A DNA stretch of 64,000 nt from a virus (IMGVR_UViG_3300021960_000048:18792-82791); one strand, 5' to 3'; counted from the first letter of the stretch, positions 50,675-59,929 are shown. Notes: generated by a model not told the origin, from the letters alone. Made by a program: numbers and translations.

Positions 50675-50872
50675 TCAATGCTCAAACTCAATCACTGTCC
50701 TATCTCCACGACAAATGATATGGTCTCCATCAGATTCTACAACTGCAATTCCACCGTATGCGTCATCATCGACTGCTGCTATTAAAGTACCAATTCTAAT
50801 TACATCATCGGGGTAATTAACCAGTGTTACCTTCACTCTCTTGCCTATCTTACTTCTCATCCAAACCGCCAT
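50675..50872 (-). CDS. Sm/Lsm-like protein
   Basis: IGKRVKVTL..IGTLIAAVD (Sm1-like) and IICRGDRTV (Sm2-like) in 65 aa. Confidence 0.55.
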   Translation of the reverse strand: MAVWMRSKIGKRVKVTLVNYPDDVIRIGTLIAAVDDDAYGGIAVVESDGDHIICRGDRTVIEFEH

Positions 50873-50876
50873 AATT

Positions 50877-51860
50877 TCACATCGTTAAATTACGCACAAA
50901 ACACTTCAATGCCAGTGCGGGGTCTTGACTTACCGAGACATGGTGTAAAGCATTTCCGATGTGCGTCAGAATCTTATGACGTAGTTTATCGGGCATCCTC
51001 TCATCTATCGTGGTGAGATTGTATATGGAATGAAGTATATCGGACGGCATCATTCCTTGTGATATTAGGTTGTCAATGTCCTTGTCTATCTTTCTATAAG
51101 CATCGAGATTCTTTGCTTTAACAATTGAAGTAAGAATCTTTTTTGCTTCTTTTGGTTTTATTGTTTGAACAATATCTTCAACATCTTCGATTACGATTTC
51201 TCCGGGGACGAGACAAATTATCTGGAGTAAGTTAACGCATGTCCTTAGCGAACCGTTGCTCGATTTTATCGTACGCTTCAATGCCTCTTCGGTAAACTCA
51301 CATTTTGCGTTCTTCGCATATGATGAAATGAAGTTGCTCATTGTTTCATCGTCAATTGGTTTGAACCGAGATGTTGAGAATGCACATCTATCTTGAATGG
51401 GTTGTATTATCTTATGAGGATAGTTACAAGAGATAATGAATATTGTTTTGGAATACTTCTCCATTATTCTACGTAGAGCCGCTTGAGCATCGGGAGTGAG
51501 ATTATCGGCCTCATCAAGAAAGACTACATTGAATGGAATTGGTTTTTCTTCTCCATCAACAGTGTAACTACCGATTACACCTCGACTCGCAAACTCTTTG
51601 ACTTTCGTTCTAATGACGGAGATACTTCGCTCATCACTTGCGTTCAGTTCTAACCAATTCTCTTTCCAACTTTCACCAAACGCTGTTCGCATCAAAGCAA
51701 TAGCCGTTGAAGTTTTACCGACACCCGCTGGACCTGCGAACATCATATGAGGCCAATTGAAATTATTCGATTCAACCATTTGGTTGAGTCTCTTTACTAT
51801 GTGGTCTTGACCTAGAACATCGTTCAAAATGTTTGGTCTTATTTCATCAGAGATGGGCAT
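50877..51860 (-). CDS. rfcS: Replication factor C small subunit
   Basis: RP..LNDVLGQ, GPAGVGKT, LELNASDER, FLDEADNLT..AQAALRR, SCNY, QDRC. Confidence 0.95.
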   Translation of the reverse strand: MPISDEIRPNILNDVLGQDHIVKRLNQMVESNNFNWPHMMFAGPAGVGKTSTAIALMRTAFGESWKENWLELNASDERSISVIRTKVKEFASRGVIGSYTVDGEEKPIPFNVVFLDEADNLTPDAQAALRRIMEKYSKTIFIISCNYPHKIIQPIQDRCAFSTSRFKPIDDETMSNFISSYAKNAKCEFTEEALKRTIKSSNGSLRTCVNLLQIICLVPGEIVIEDVEDIVQTIKPKEAKKILTSIVKAKNLDAYRKIDKDIDNLISQGMMPSDILHSIYNLTTIDERMPDKLRHKILTHIGNALHHVSVSQDPALALKCFVRNLTM

Positions 51861-51902
51861 GGAAACTAAGAGGATATTCACACCTTAATAAAAGGTGTAA
51901 TA

Positions 51903-52235
51903 TTATCTCCAGTCTCTACCGCCGCCATGTGTGTTGTATTCGAGTTTGTCAACTAAGTCTTGATGGAACTCAACTAAACCCCAAGTGATTGTCGAATGTC
52001 CTTTCATTGTCTGTTGACTCTCATTCATAACCATGAACCGTTCGTCTCTACGTAGTAGATTAGATAATTGATTTGTTGTTGGAAATAACCTCGGTCTTTT
52101 GCCGTTTTTGGTTCGGACACCTTCGGTAATTTTCATTGAGGTGGCTGGTCCATTTTGTTCCAAGTAGTCATACACTCTCTGTATGTTCGCACGATGTTTT
52201 CTATTTCTCGGCTTTGGTCTTTCACTTTCAATCAT
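51903..52235 (-). CDS. Winged-helix DNA-binding protein
   Basis: VYDYLEQNGPATSMKI..TTNQLSNLLRRDERF..TWGL. Confidence 0.6.
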   Translation of the reverse strand: MIESERPKPRNRKHRANIQRVYDYLEQNGPATSMKITEGVRTKNGKRPRLFPTTNQLSNLLRRDERFMVMNESQQTMKGHSTITWGLVEFHQDLVDKLEYNTHGGGRDWR

Positions 52236-52380
52236 AGTAGTCCCTTTCTTTTTCTTTCTTCTCTTTTCCATTTGAGATAGCATTTGCCGCAACGGTCGTC
52301 CATACTCCCCGATTTTACATTAACCGAAGATGTGTTGTATGTTGTTATTGCTTTTTTACAGTCGCGGCAGATGAGGTCTC

Positions 52381-52629
52381 TCATTGTTCTTCTGCGAGGC
52401 TTAGTTGACTTTCAATGTGTTGGGAGATAACATGTGTAAACTCTTCCTGTTCGATAGCACCTACCGAGAAGTCGAGAACAACGTCTGTTTCTTCCTCACC
52501 TGTTATTGGCGTTGGTCTGAAAACAATTATGTCTGTTTCATTCGTGTTCGCCATTAACCATTCAACCATAGACTTTGAAGTCCAATAGGTTACACCGTCT
52601 GCGTCAATTTTTTCTATTTCGTTTGTCAT
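52381..52629 (-). CDS. Acidic hypothetical protein
   Basis: ORF track. Confidence 0.55.
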   Translation of the reverse strand: MTNEIEKIDADGVTYWTSKSMVEWLMANTNETDIIVFRPTPITGEEETDVVLDFSVGAIEQEEFTHVISQHIESQLSLAEEQ

Positions 52630-52644
52630 AGTATCGACACCGCC

Positions 52645-53115
52645 CTAAGCGAACGGGTCTCTTTTGATTTCAGCCATACGTGCTTCTCTCTCTTCACGGC
52701 GTGAGTCTCTCAAGTCCTTTGCTTCTTTTCTTACAAGATATTTCGCCCACGCTTCTGTTCCCCAGTCAACTGAGGTTTCAACAATAACGTCAATGAGTGG
52801 GTCAGTAGGGCTTTCAATAAAGACACGCCAGTCAAAACCTCGATGCGTGTATTTCACGTCGTCCACGTAGTTACCTGCGTCTTTTATTATGTCCTTTATT
52901 TCTTGGAACACCACGTCTTTCACCCATATACTCGCGGGTGTACCTTGGCCGCCATAAATGGCTGCTACGTTTTGGTGGCTTTCGTCGTTCATGCGTATAG
53001 CAACATAATTTACTGCTCCCGCACTTCTTTCAAGTGTGGAGCAACCTGCGGCTGTAAAAGCCTCGGCAATTTGCTGTTGCGTTTTCTGTTTTAGGGAAGC
53101 GTCTGTTTCGCTCAT
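52645..53115 (-). CDS. Hypothetical protein
   Basis: ORF track; likely start MSETDAS. Confidence 0.6.
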   Translation of the reverse strand: MSETDASLKQKTQQQIAEAFTAAGCSTLERSAGAVNYVAIRMNDESHQNVAAIYGGQGTPASIWVKDVVFQEIKDIIKDAGNYVDDVKYTHRGFDWRVFIESPTDPLIDVIVETSVDWGTEAWAKYLVRKEAKDLRDSRREEREARMAEIKRDPFA

Positions 53116-53116
53116 G

Positions 53117-53662
53117 TTAACTCGGTGTTTCCCCACCTATATGAAATGTATAGTCTTGCGACCAGTTACCATTATTGAACTCAATACAGCATTTTCTACA
53201 CGCAGACATACTAGAAGGCCGTTTTTTACGCCTTACAGTACGATTACAGTTCTTACATGTCAAAATATATTCTCCATCGGATTCATTCAGAGATGATGAG
53301 AACAAAACCGTTTCATCTTTGTATTCAATATAATGTTTCCATCCCTTCTCGCATTTCTCGAATACTTCATCATGTGCATGTTGTGGTCCAACTACCCAGT
53401 GAACTAATTCGTGGTGAATGAGACCCTTCAATAGAATAGGGTTGTCCCAGTCGAAAGCACGTGGGTGTAAATGAATAGTTGACCGACCGCCGTAGGGTGG
53501 AGTTTCAATTCGTGCTTGAATAACTTGATTGTCAGCGTCGAGATAAACCCAATCAAACTCCATAGGATTGACAGGCGTTCGCCAGTCCCGTTCATTCACT
53601 ATCTGATAAAAGAGAGAATGAACGCTGTTCATATCTTCATTATTCAATCTGCCGTGATACAT
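53117..53662 (-). CDS. SprT-like zinc metalloprotease
   Basis: LIHHELVH (HExxH), H..HDEVF, C-terminal CKNC..CRKC Zn ribbon. Confidence 0.8.
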   Translation of the reverse strand: MYHGRLNNEDMNSVHSLFYQIVNERDWRTPVNPMEFDWVYLDADNQVIQARIETPPYGGRSTIHLHPRAFDWDNPILLKGLIHHELVHWVVGPQHAHDEVFEKCEKGWKHYIEYKDETVLFSSSLNESDGEYILTCKNCNRTVRRKKRPSSMSACRKCCIEFNNGNWSQDYTFHIGGETPS

Positions 53663-53850
53663 ATTTTGTCTTTCCTTCTGAAAACCTTGAACGCAAGATT
53701 CGGGTTCATTATAGTTAGAGTTTGAATCAACATCCCTATTTCCTTCGGGCTTCCCGTTACGTCCATCTCCCATATCTTATCTCCGTCCATGTCGTATGTC
53801 AGACAAGATAGGGTTTTTGACCGCACCTATTTAGAGTGCTGTAAATGATA

Positions 53851-54780
53851 TTATTTTTCAATAATTGGATAACGATAGCCGGTAATATGTTTCGTCTTGA
53901 CATTTTTCAGTTTTCGTTTGATGTTCTTTGGGTGAGAGCCATGATTTTGTCTCATGTGGTCTAGCATGATTCTAAGTTCGTGCTTCGCTTCTTGTCTTGT
54001 TGGCGACCACTTTTCGTTCGTTGGCGGCTCACCTCTAACCCTTTTCCATTCTGAAAAAGCCATGCCTATGTCAAAGAGCGGAACTTGCCCGTTATTGTAG
54101 TCATGTTTGATTTGAAAACGGTGAAGATTGTCCCACGCCCATTCCAACCAATATTCTAATTGTATTTGTCTTGCTCTCGACCATGCTTCTTTTGCTTTGC
54201 CACTATTCCTTTCTTCTCTAGTGTATTCAGATTTGGGTTCGTCTATATGTAACCAATAGGGTGTCTTACCTTCTGGATATTCCATTTTCATTCCGCCGTC
54301 GTATTTTGATTTGTAATAACGTCGATACGCTACCACTGCGTCCTTGTCCTTGTACTCGTCCGGCATTGCTTGAGCGAATGGTGTAATTTTTCTTGGGTTG
54401 TATAAGTCTACTGGTATGTAATGAGATAATGCGGCACATTGTTCTATTACTGAATGACACGCATGTACTTTGTCATACCTGCGTGTGAACTCTTTAGATA
54501 ACTCGTAGCCAAGACTGCATAGCCAGAGATAGTTTGCTTGATTCTCTCTCGCCCATATAGTACAGGGATGATTCGGGTGTGAGCGACGATATGCTTTGCC
54601 CGACTTTGCTTTAGGTAATGTCTCTTCAATGAAGTCATTATGAAAACCACTTTCTTCCATACATATACGCACTGCGGTGCATAGCATTTGGGCGGTCTCC
54701 AACGTCATTTTCGTTACGTGTGTATTGGCGTGGTATTTGGCGTTCTTCTTGTGGTCTTTGTCTAGTACAAATATGTTCAT
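53851..54780 (-). CDS. Pyrimidine-dimer DNA glycosylase/endonuclease V-like protein with C-terminal extension
   Basis: MNIFVLD..HVTKMTLETAQMLCT, HPNHPCTIW, FAQAMPDEYK..VVAYRRYY. Confidence 0.8.
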   Translation of the reverse strand: MNIFVLDKDHKKNAKYHANTHVTKMTLETAQMLCTAVRICMEESGFHNDFIEETLPKAKSGKAYRRSHPNHPCTIWARENQANYLWLCSLGYELSKEFTRRYDKVHACHSVIEQCAALSHYIPVDLYNPRKITPFAQAMPDEYKDKDAVVAYRRYYKSKYDGGMKMEYPEGKTPYWLHIDEPKSEYTREERNSGKAKEAWSRARQIQLEYWLEWAWDNLHRFQIKHDYNNGQVPLFDIGMAFSEWKRVRGEPPTNEKWSPTRQEAKHELRIMLDHMRQNHGSHPKNIKRKLKNVKTKHITGYRYPIIEK

Positions 54781-54949
54781 GCGGCTCTCCGAGTGAGACA
54801 TCGAATATATATGTTTCGATGCCTATAACAAGCCAAATTAATTATGATGGTATATTTAGTAATTTTGGTGGTGTTTTTTCGATAGATGCCTATAGTTGGC
54901 GTATATAGTTTTCTAAAACCTATAGTGTAATCAACCTATGTGAGCAAAA

Positions 54950-55190
54950 AGCCCCTCGAATTAATTTGAATTAAATTGGGGTAAAACCGTTGTACTACGG
55001 GGCTACTTAGATAAAAAATAAATTAATTCGACTGGTGAGAGACCCCCTTGCACACACACACACCTTACCCCCCTTGTGTGTGTGTCCCCCCATAACCTTC
55101 CAAATTAATTTAATTAATTTTATTTTTTAATTTATTAATAAGTATATAGTATAATAATAGTATAAAGAAAGAGGGTAGGGGTGGGGGGTG
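54950..55190. other. Candidate replication origin: inverted repeats, CA/TG hairpin and very AT-rich tract
   Basis: TCGAATTAATTT (54956-54967)/AAATTAATTCGA (55020-55031); (AC)n-CCTTACCCCCCT-(TG)n hairpin 55052-55085; nearly pure A/T 55102-55170; G-tracts after. Confidence 0.5.
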
Positions 55191-55686
55191 TGGACGCACT
55201 GCCAAAACGTCAACTTACATCACGTTCACTAGATGGGCGGGACGGTTCTTACGTCTCCAATCCTTACGCAACTATCGCTACGGCCTCAGAGTTGGCTACT
55301 ACCATTCCTCTTGTGAACACCCCCCACGTATAGGGGTGGAATGTGGGTTGCGACATGAGCCTAATTAATGTCTTAATTCTCTCACGCTTCTGGACCAGTC
55401 TCCCATAACACATTCTCTTATCCGATTTGTGGCCTCAGAGATGTGATGAGCGTCGTAGGGGGATTTCTCCCTCAACCATAGAACTCTCCCTCAACATTGG
55501 CGGGCTTTACATGACTGTTTCCCGCAGTTCCGGTCAACTTCTTTCCGTAAGGAGTTCCGCTGTCCATTCCTGTCTGTCAAATCCCTGTTGAGACGCACGA
55601 CCCGCATCCGGCATCGTGGTTCTTCACATTCTTCCCGCTAACCCACTCGTTTTACCGAGTGTTAGCCGCCGAGTTCGACTCGACTG
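55190..55686 (-). ncRNA. Candidate large structured non-coding RNA of about 500 nt
   Basis: No ORF of 60 aa or more; TTTAAGTA box at 55708-55715 with early-promoter context; many nested stems and a long-range UCCUUACG/CGUAAGGA pairing. Confidence 0.65.
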
Positions 55687-55865
55687 TTTGATGGGACAGG
55701 GTATCGGTACTTAAAGGTATCTATAGTTGACTTTGTATATAGCCTCATAAGAAAAATTGACTCATAGCGAGCGAAACCAGTATGCGGTCGAATCGAAGGA
55801 TGAAAATGGCTGTCATCAATCATAGGGGTGGGGTACTGGGGGTCTCAGTTTCTCATATTTCTATA

Positions 55866-55948
55866 TTTAGAGGCTCATATAGGCCGTTTCTCTATAACTA
55901 GACTCTGAACCACTGGCTAAAGAAAAGAGCCTCTTAGATTGGCTCTAT
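55866..55948. repeat. About 85-bp element, diverged inverted copy of 58611-58695
   Basis: TTTAGAGG..TCATATAGGCC..GTTTC..TATAACT..ACTCTGA..TGGCTCTAT is collinear with the reverse complement of 58611-58695. Confidence 0.75.
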
Positions 55949-55974
55949 TGATGCAAGAATAAGGTAGCCGCTTT

Positions 55975-56385
55975 TCAGCGGCGGCCTTTTTTGTATGCTC
56001 TTGTATTTCTTGCTTTGGCTGCCTCAGTTCCTCGCGCCCATTTTACTTTTGAAAGTCCGCCTTGATGAGATGCACCGATTCTCTGAACCCATGCTTTATC
56101 CATTGGTTGAGTTGACCTTCTTAGGTATGCGGTCTTGACTTGACCTTGAACTATGATTAGAACTACCATGTCGCCGTTGGATTCGTAACCAGTGTTGTCG
56201 GTCATTCGGCGTTGGCTTAGGTCTAGTGCTACAACTGCCACGGCTCTATGACCGGCGTTGTATGCGTTATCCCATTCGCGTTGGCTAACTGTGATTGCCT
56301 GTTTTAACTCGCCTTCAACCAATCTGATTGAGGCTCTATCTAGTGCGTGTTTTGTGCCGGTTAGTGTCGGTGCTTGGGTTGTCAT
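55975..56385 (-). CDS. Cassette gene 8, possible BECR/RelE-fold RNase-like protein (start MTTQAP)
   Basis: TKHALDRASIR and VKTAYLR resemble HAxxRxxxR/VxT motifs; perfect ATATAAC-ATGTAG-GTTATAT at 56410-56429. Confidence 0.5.
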   Translation of the reverse strand: MTTQAPTLTGTKHALDRASIRLVEGELKQAITVSQREWDNAYNAGHRAVAVVALDLSQRRMTDNTGYESNGDMVVLIIVQGQVKTAYLRRSTQPMDKAWVQRIGASHQGGLSKVKWARGTEAAKARNTRAYKKGRR

Positions 56386-56537
56386 CAGTCTACGGGAGAA
56401 GATGCCCCTATATAACATGTAGGTTATATGAACCTCAACAAAGGCCCTCTTTCCACCATACCGGGAAGCCCTCATTTAAGTCGCATTCTTTGAGCATTTC
56501 AAACTCTTCGGACATGATTAAAACTTGAACTTTCATT

Positions 56538-56675
56538 CTACGCACCACCGTTAAGACGTGCCATGATAACTTGAATATTGCATGAGTCGCAACATTCGCC
56601 AGAGGCTAAAGGTTCGGCGTTATTTGGGTAAGCATAGAATGAATGCTCACAGATGCAACACGTGAACTCTTTCAT
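56538..56675 (-). CDS. 45-aa Cys-rich microprotein (not in ORF track)
   Basis: MKEFTCCICEHSFYAYPNNAEPLASGECCDSCNIQVIMARLNGGA. Confidence 0.6.
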   Translation of the reverse strand: MKEFTCCICEHSFYAYPNNAEPLASGECCDSCNIQVIMARLNGGA

Positions 56676-56995
56676 TCTTCTGAACCCCCATTTGAGACCA
56701 ATGCTTGAGTTAATGCGTCGGTGAATGTTTTTTCAAGGTTGAAGTCTGATAGACTTACATATTCGTCTACAGTATAACGGTCAAGATAGTTGTATGCTTC
56801 TTTGTTGATGGCGTTTGTTATTGCTTGACTGAACTGGTCGGCTAAGTCCTCAAGGTCTCGGCTATATTTCAACCTCTCATAGATTGGAAAGTTTAACTTG
56901 ATTTTAACATTAAACTCAAGGTCTCCTTTCAAGACGGTCTCATTTTTGGCGGTTTTATATTTTTTATTTATTTCTTCATTTTCCATGTATGTCAT
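56672..56995 (-). CDS. Hypothetical protein
   Basis: ORF track; GGAAGTGA RBS-like sequence. Confidence 0.6.
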   Translation of the reverse strand: MTYMENEEINKKYKTAKNETVLKGDLEFNVKIKLNFPIYERLKYSRDLEDLADQFSQAITNAINKEAYNYLDRYTVDEYVSLSDFNLEKTFTDALTQALVSNGGSEE

Positions 56996-57190
56996 TTTTT
57001 CACTTCCTTAATTACAAATGTGTTCAATTAATTCTTTCTTCGTTTCATGTTTGGTATTACAGCAAAAGCAGTTATGCTCTCGGCTTCTGATTATTAATTT
57101 CATTAGGCTCATCTCGGTTATCTCCAGTCTACCGGAGCGCGCATTAGTATATCAATAGTTCTATAGGTTAAACTCTCTATAATGCGTAAA

Positions 57191-57601
57191 TTATACAGTT
57201 GAGTCAATTGACCCACTACCGCCCTTAACCAATTGACGGTCGCACCATGCGTCTTGCTTCTCACGTGTCCAGAAGTCCGGTTTTCTACTGTCTACTACCC
57301 ATACGCCGGTCCAACCATTAATTCGCTTACCTTGGAAGGTATTCAACTTCTTTCGATATGCTCTAATTTGCGTGTCTGTTTCGCATGGCTTACCCGCTGG
57401 AAAGAAAATGTATTTTTCATATTCATAATGAAAGTCTGAACGTACTTCTTGACCATACTTCGCCATACAGTCTCTATTCTTGACTAAGACGTTTCTTATT
57501 CTCGGTATTCCTCTTCTCAATTCGTCGTCGGTGTAGAGCATTTCTAACCCACTTCTCTTTATTCCCTGTGGCCATGTTTGACCCTGCTTATATTTACTCA
57601 T
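57191..57601 (-). CDS. Hypothetical protein
   Basis: ORF track; AGGAG RBS-like sequence. Confidence 0.65.
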   Translation of the reverse strand: MSKYKQGQTWPQGIKRSGLEMLYTDDELRRGIPRIRNVLVKNRDCMAKYGQEVRSDFHYEYEKYIFFPAGKPCETDTQIRAYRKKLNTFQGKRINGWTGVWVVDSRKPDFWTREKQDAWCDRQLVKGGSGSIDSTV

Positions 57602-57754
57602 GTTTTCTGTCTCCTGTTTGTTTATCGCTTTAGCGTTTCAAGTCCTTACCTCACTTTATTATATGAGCGACTGGGTTTTATCGAACCATTTTTTGCTTAA
57701 GAATGTATGGTTCATATAGTCTCTATCGCATAAAAGCGAAAGACTATAAACCTC

Positions 57755-57774
57755 TAACCCATATCACTAACCCC
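57755..57774 (+). repeat. 20-bp repeat TAACCCATATCACTAACCCC, copy 1 of 4 (others 58535, 61028, 61105)
   Basis: Exact copies, each just downstream of GAAAG(AC/GT)TATAA. Confidence 0.9.
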
Positions 57775-57803
57775 ATATGCACCCATGCGCCCCGGTACTG
57801 AGT

Positions 57804-57880
57804 AAAAAAAGCGGCCACTGAGAGCCGAAGCCCTCAGCGACCTTACGTTGTCCGAGAAAAGAAAAGAGAGGCCGAAGCCT
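57804..57880 (-). terminator. Tandem cUUCGg hairpins with U-tracts
   Basis: AGGC-UUCG-GCCU then CUCUUUUCUUUU; CGCUGAGGGC-UUCG-GCUCUCAGUG then U7. Confidence 0.75.
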
Positions 57881-57887
57881 ACTCAAT

Positions 57888-58430
57888 TCAATTCGAGTCG
57901 AAGCGAACAGGCGCGGCGACTGTGCGAGCCGATACACGGCGCATGTCTGCAAGTACCTCTTGCCCGTTTGCCAGTGCTTCGGGGCTAAGGTTGATTGCGT
58001 TCATTATTGCATTACCTACTTCTTCGGTGGATGCACCTTCAACGCCGCTCTGAATAGCCTCTAAGACCGCGGTTCGTACTGTGCCTCTGAACATACCTAG
58101 AAGGGATGCACTGAGTAACATAGCCACTGATGTCGGGAAAGCCATTGTTTGACTTCGGATGTAGTCAGCGCCAACAATTAAGTCGCCTTCAATGGTTCGT
58201 GTGTCGCCGGTTCTGTTGTCGGTTATTGTATAACTAACGTCAGTAACAGAGTCTTGACCCAGTGTTTCACGTGCTGATACTGTGGTGTCGCCACCTATAA
58301 CAGCCCTTGAAGCACGTATAACAGTTTCAAGACCTGCAAATGCTCCTAATGTGGTTACAGAGCCACTCTCTCGGTCTATGACCAATTCGTTCGTTCTTGT
58401 GCTTTCGTTTCGGATGTTTTCAGTTTCCAT
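57888..58430 (-). CDS. Early-region hypothetical protein
   Basis: ORF with GAGGT RBS, own promoter and terminator. Confidence 0.7.
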   Translation of the reverse strand: METENIRNESTRTNELVIDRESGSVTTLGAFAGLETVIRASRAVIGGDTTVSARETLGQDSVTDVSYTITDNRTGDTRTIEGDLIVGADYIRSQTMAFPTSVAMLLSASLLGMFRGTVRTAVLEAIQSGVEGASTEEVGNAIMNAINLSPEALANGQEVLADMRRVSARTVAAPVRFDSN

Positions 58431-58610
58431 TTGAACTACCTCAGACCTGCCGAGAGGCTGCCTACTAATAAGGGTATCTATAGTTCGATTTCACTATAAC
58501 TAGAGAATCTTAAAACAGAAAGACTATAAACCCTTAACCCATATCACTAACCCCGTATCGACCTTCCGGGTACGGCTACGACAAAAAAAGACGATTTCAA
58601 TAATTGCCCG

Positions 58611-58695
58611 ATAGAGCCATTTTAACGGCTTCTTTCAGGCTCAGAGGTCTCAGAGTACCAGTTATATGAAACGTGGCCTATATGACCCCTCTAAA
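58611..58695. repeat. About 85-bp element, inverted partner of 55866-55948
   Basis: See partner; both copies retain an AGCC..GGCT hairpin. Confidence 0.75.
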
Positions 58696-58721
58696 CGCTC
58701 GCAATTGATACGTTTAGATAT

Positions 58722-58753
58722 GGCCGCCCAAGAGCCGAAGCCCTTGAGCGGTT
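58722..58753 (-). terminator. cUUCGg hairpin downstream of the ardC-like gene
   Basis: ACCGCUCAAGGGC-UUCG-GCUCUUGGGCGGC preceded by CGUAA. Confidence 0.7.
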
Positions 58754-58774
58754 TACGATTTTCAAAGGTTGTAC

Positions 58775-59782
58775 TTATTCGGTTGTGATTCCGTCAAGTA
58801 CACCCTCGGCCAACTCGCTTGAAGAGTCTGGGCCTTCGTGGCGGTCGGGTGCGCCAGTGATGACCCACTCCGCCGCCGCTATGCTTCTCGATAGTGCTTT
58901 GAGAATTGCCGCTCTTGCTTCTTTTTGTGGTGTACGAGAAGCCCAACCGCTAAGGTATGCACTTGAACGGGTTAGGTCTGCTTCATAGCCTAGAGCGCCA
59001 CACGCCGCGATTGAAGCCAGTTCCGCGATTAGTTCCTCTGTTGCGTAGTCTGTGCCTCTTGAGGTCATGCCTTCAAGTGGACGTGCTAGTCTGTGAGGGT
59101 GGCCGGTTGCGTGTGCTGCTTCGTGAAGTAATACAGCGGCGTAGTCGTTCTCTGATTCCCATGCGGTCAACGGTGGCATAGTGATTACGTCTGTTCTTGG
59201 TGTGTAGTAAGCAGCGCCACCAGTTGCGAAAGTAACTCCCTTCAAGTTTGACTCTACGGTGCTTAATAGGTCGCTAACTTCTACAGGCTCGTTAATTTCT
59301 ACGTTGAGCCTCTTGAAAGCCCACTCGCTCGGAATATTTGTATTTTCGATATTCCAAACAGCATAGCCAGTAAAGCCAGTCAAGAAGCGAGAAGTCTCTT
59401 CGTCGTCGCCTTCTTTCGATTTTACTTTGTATTGAATAGGTCTAAAGTGATAAGTGTCTGCTTTGCCACCCTTTACGAATGCGACTAATTCCGTATTGTT
59501 TTCTTTGTTGTATTCTTCGATTAATTTCTTTGCTTGACCTGCTGCAACGAATAAAGGACTTGAGTAATTATTTCGGCTCATTGCCATAATTGATGCCCAT
59601 ACATTAAGACCTGTGAAACCTTTCCCTGTGTGTCCGTTTGTTGGACTGAAAAGGCCATTCCAAGGCTTAGACCATTGAGGGAGATTACCCTCGCTGATTT
59701 GTGAAATTACTTCGTCAGCAATTTCATTCATTCTTTCTTGTGTCGTCGTTTTTGGCTTTCGTGTTCGGCTCATTTGCGTCAT
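58775..59782 (-). CDS. ardC: ArdC-like antirestriction protein (ssDNA-binding domain plus zincin metallopeptidase)
   Basis: PQWSKPW, NGHTGKGFTGLN, AYYTPRTDVITMP, LLHEAAHATGHPHRLAR, YATEELIAEL, SAYLSGW. Confidence 0.9.
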   Translation of the reverse strand: MTQMSRTRKPKTTTQERMNEIADEVISQISEGNLPQWSKPWNGLFSPTNGHTGKGFTGLNVWASIMAMSRNNYSSPLFVAAGQAKKLIEEYNKENNTELVAFVKGGKADTYHFRPIQYKVKSKEGDDEETSRFLTGFTGYAVWNIENTNIPSEWAFKRLNVEINEPVEVSDLLSTVESNLKGVTFATGGAAYYTPRTDVITMPPLTAWESENDYAAVLLHEAAHATGHPHRLARPLEGMTSRGTDYATEELIAELASIAACGALGYEADLTRSSAYLSGWASRTPQKEARAAILKALSRSIAAAEWVITGAPDRHEGPDSSSELAEGVLDGITTE

Positions 59783-59929
59783 CTCCAAGTAAGCGGAGCG
59801 GGTATCACTATATGAATACTACTATAGTTATATCAGGATATTAGTTAAGAATCATATAACTGAAAGATTATATACCGCCATCTCGTCTTAGACACGGGGT
59901 GGACGGCTCTGCTAAAGCATCGAGGAAAT

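Noticed and set aside
55190-55686. RNase P RNA, SRP RNA, tmRNA or group I/II intron
   Set aside because: No convincing GAGGAAAGUCC/P4, SRP helix 8, tRNA-like ends, P7 or domain V motifs seen, and no interrupted gene.
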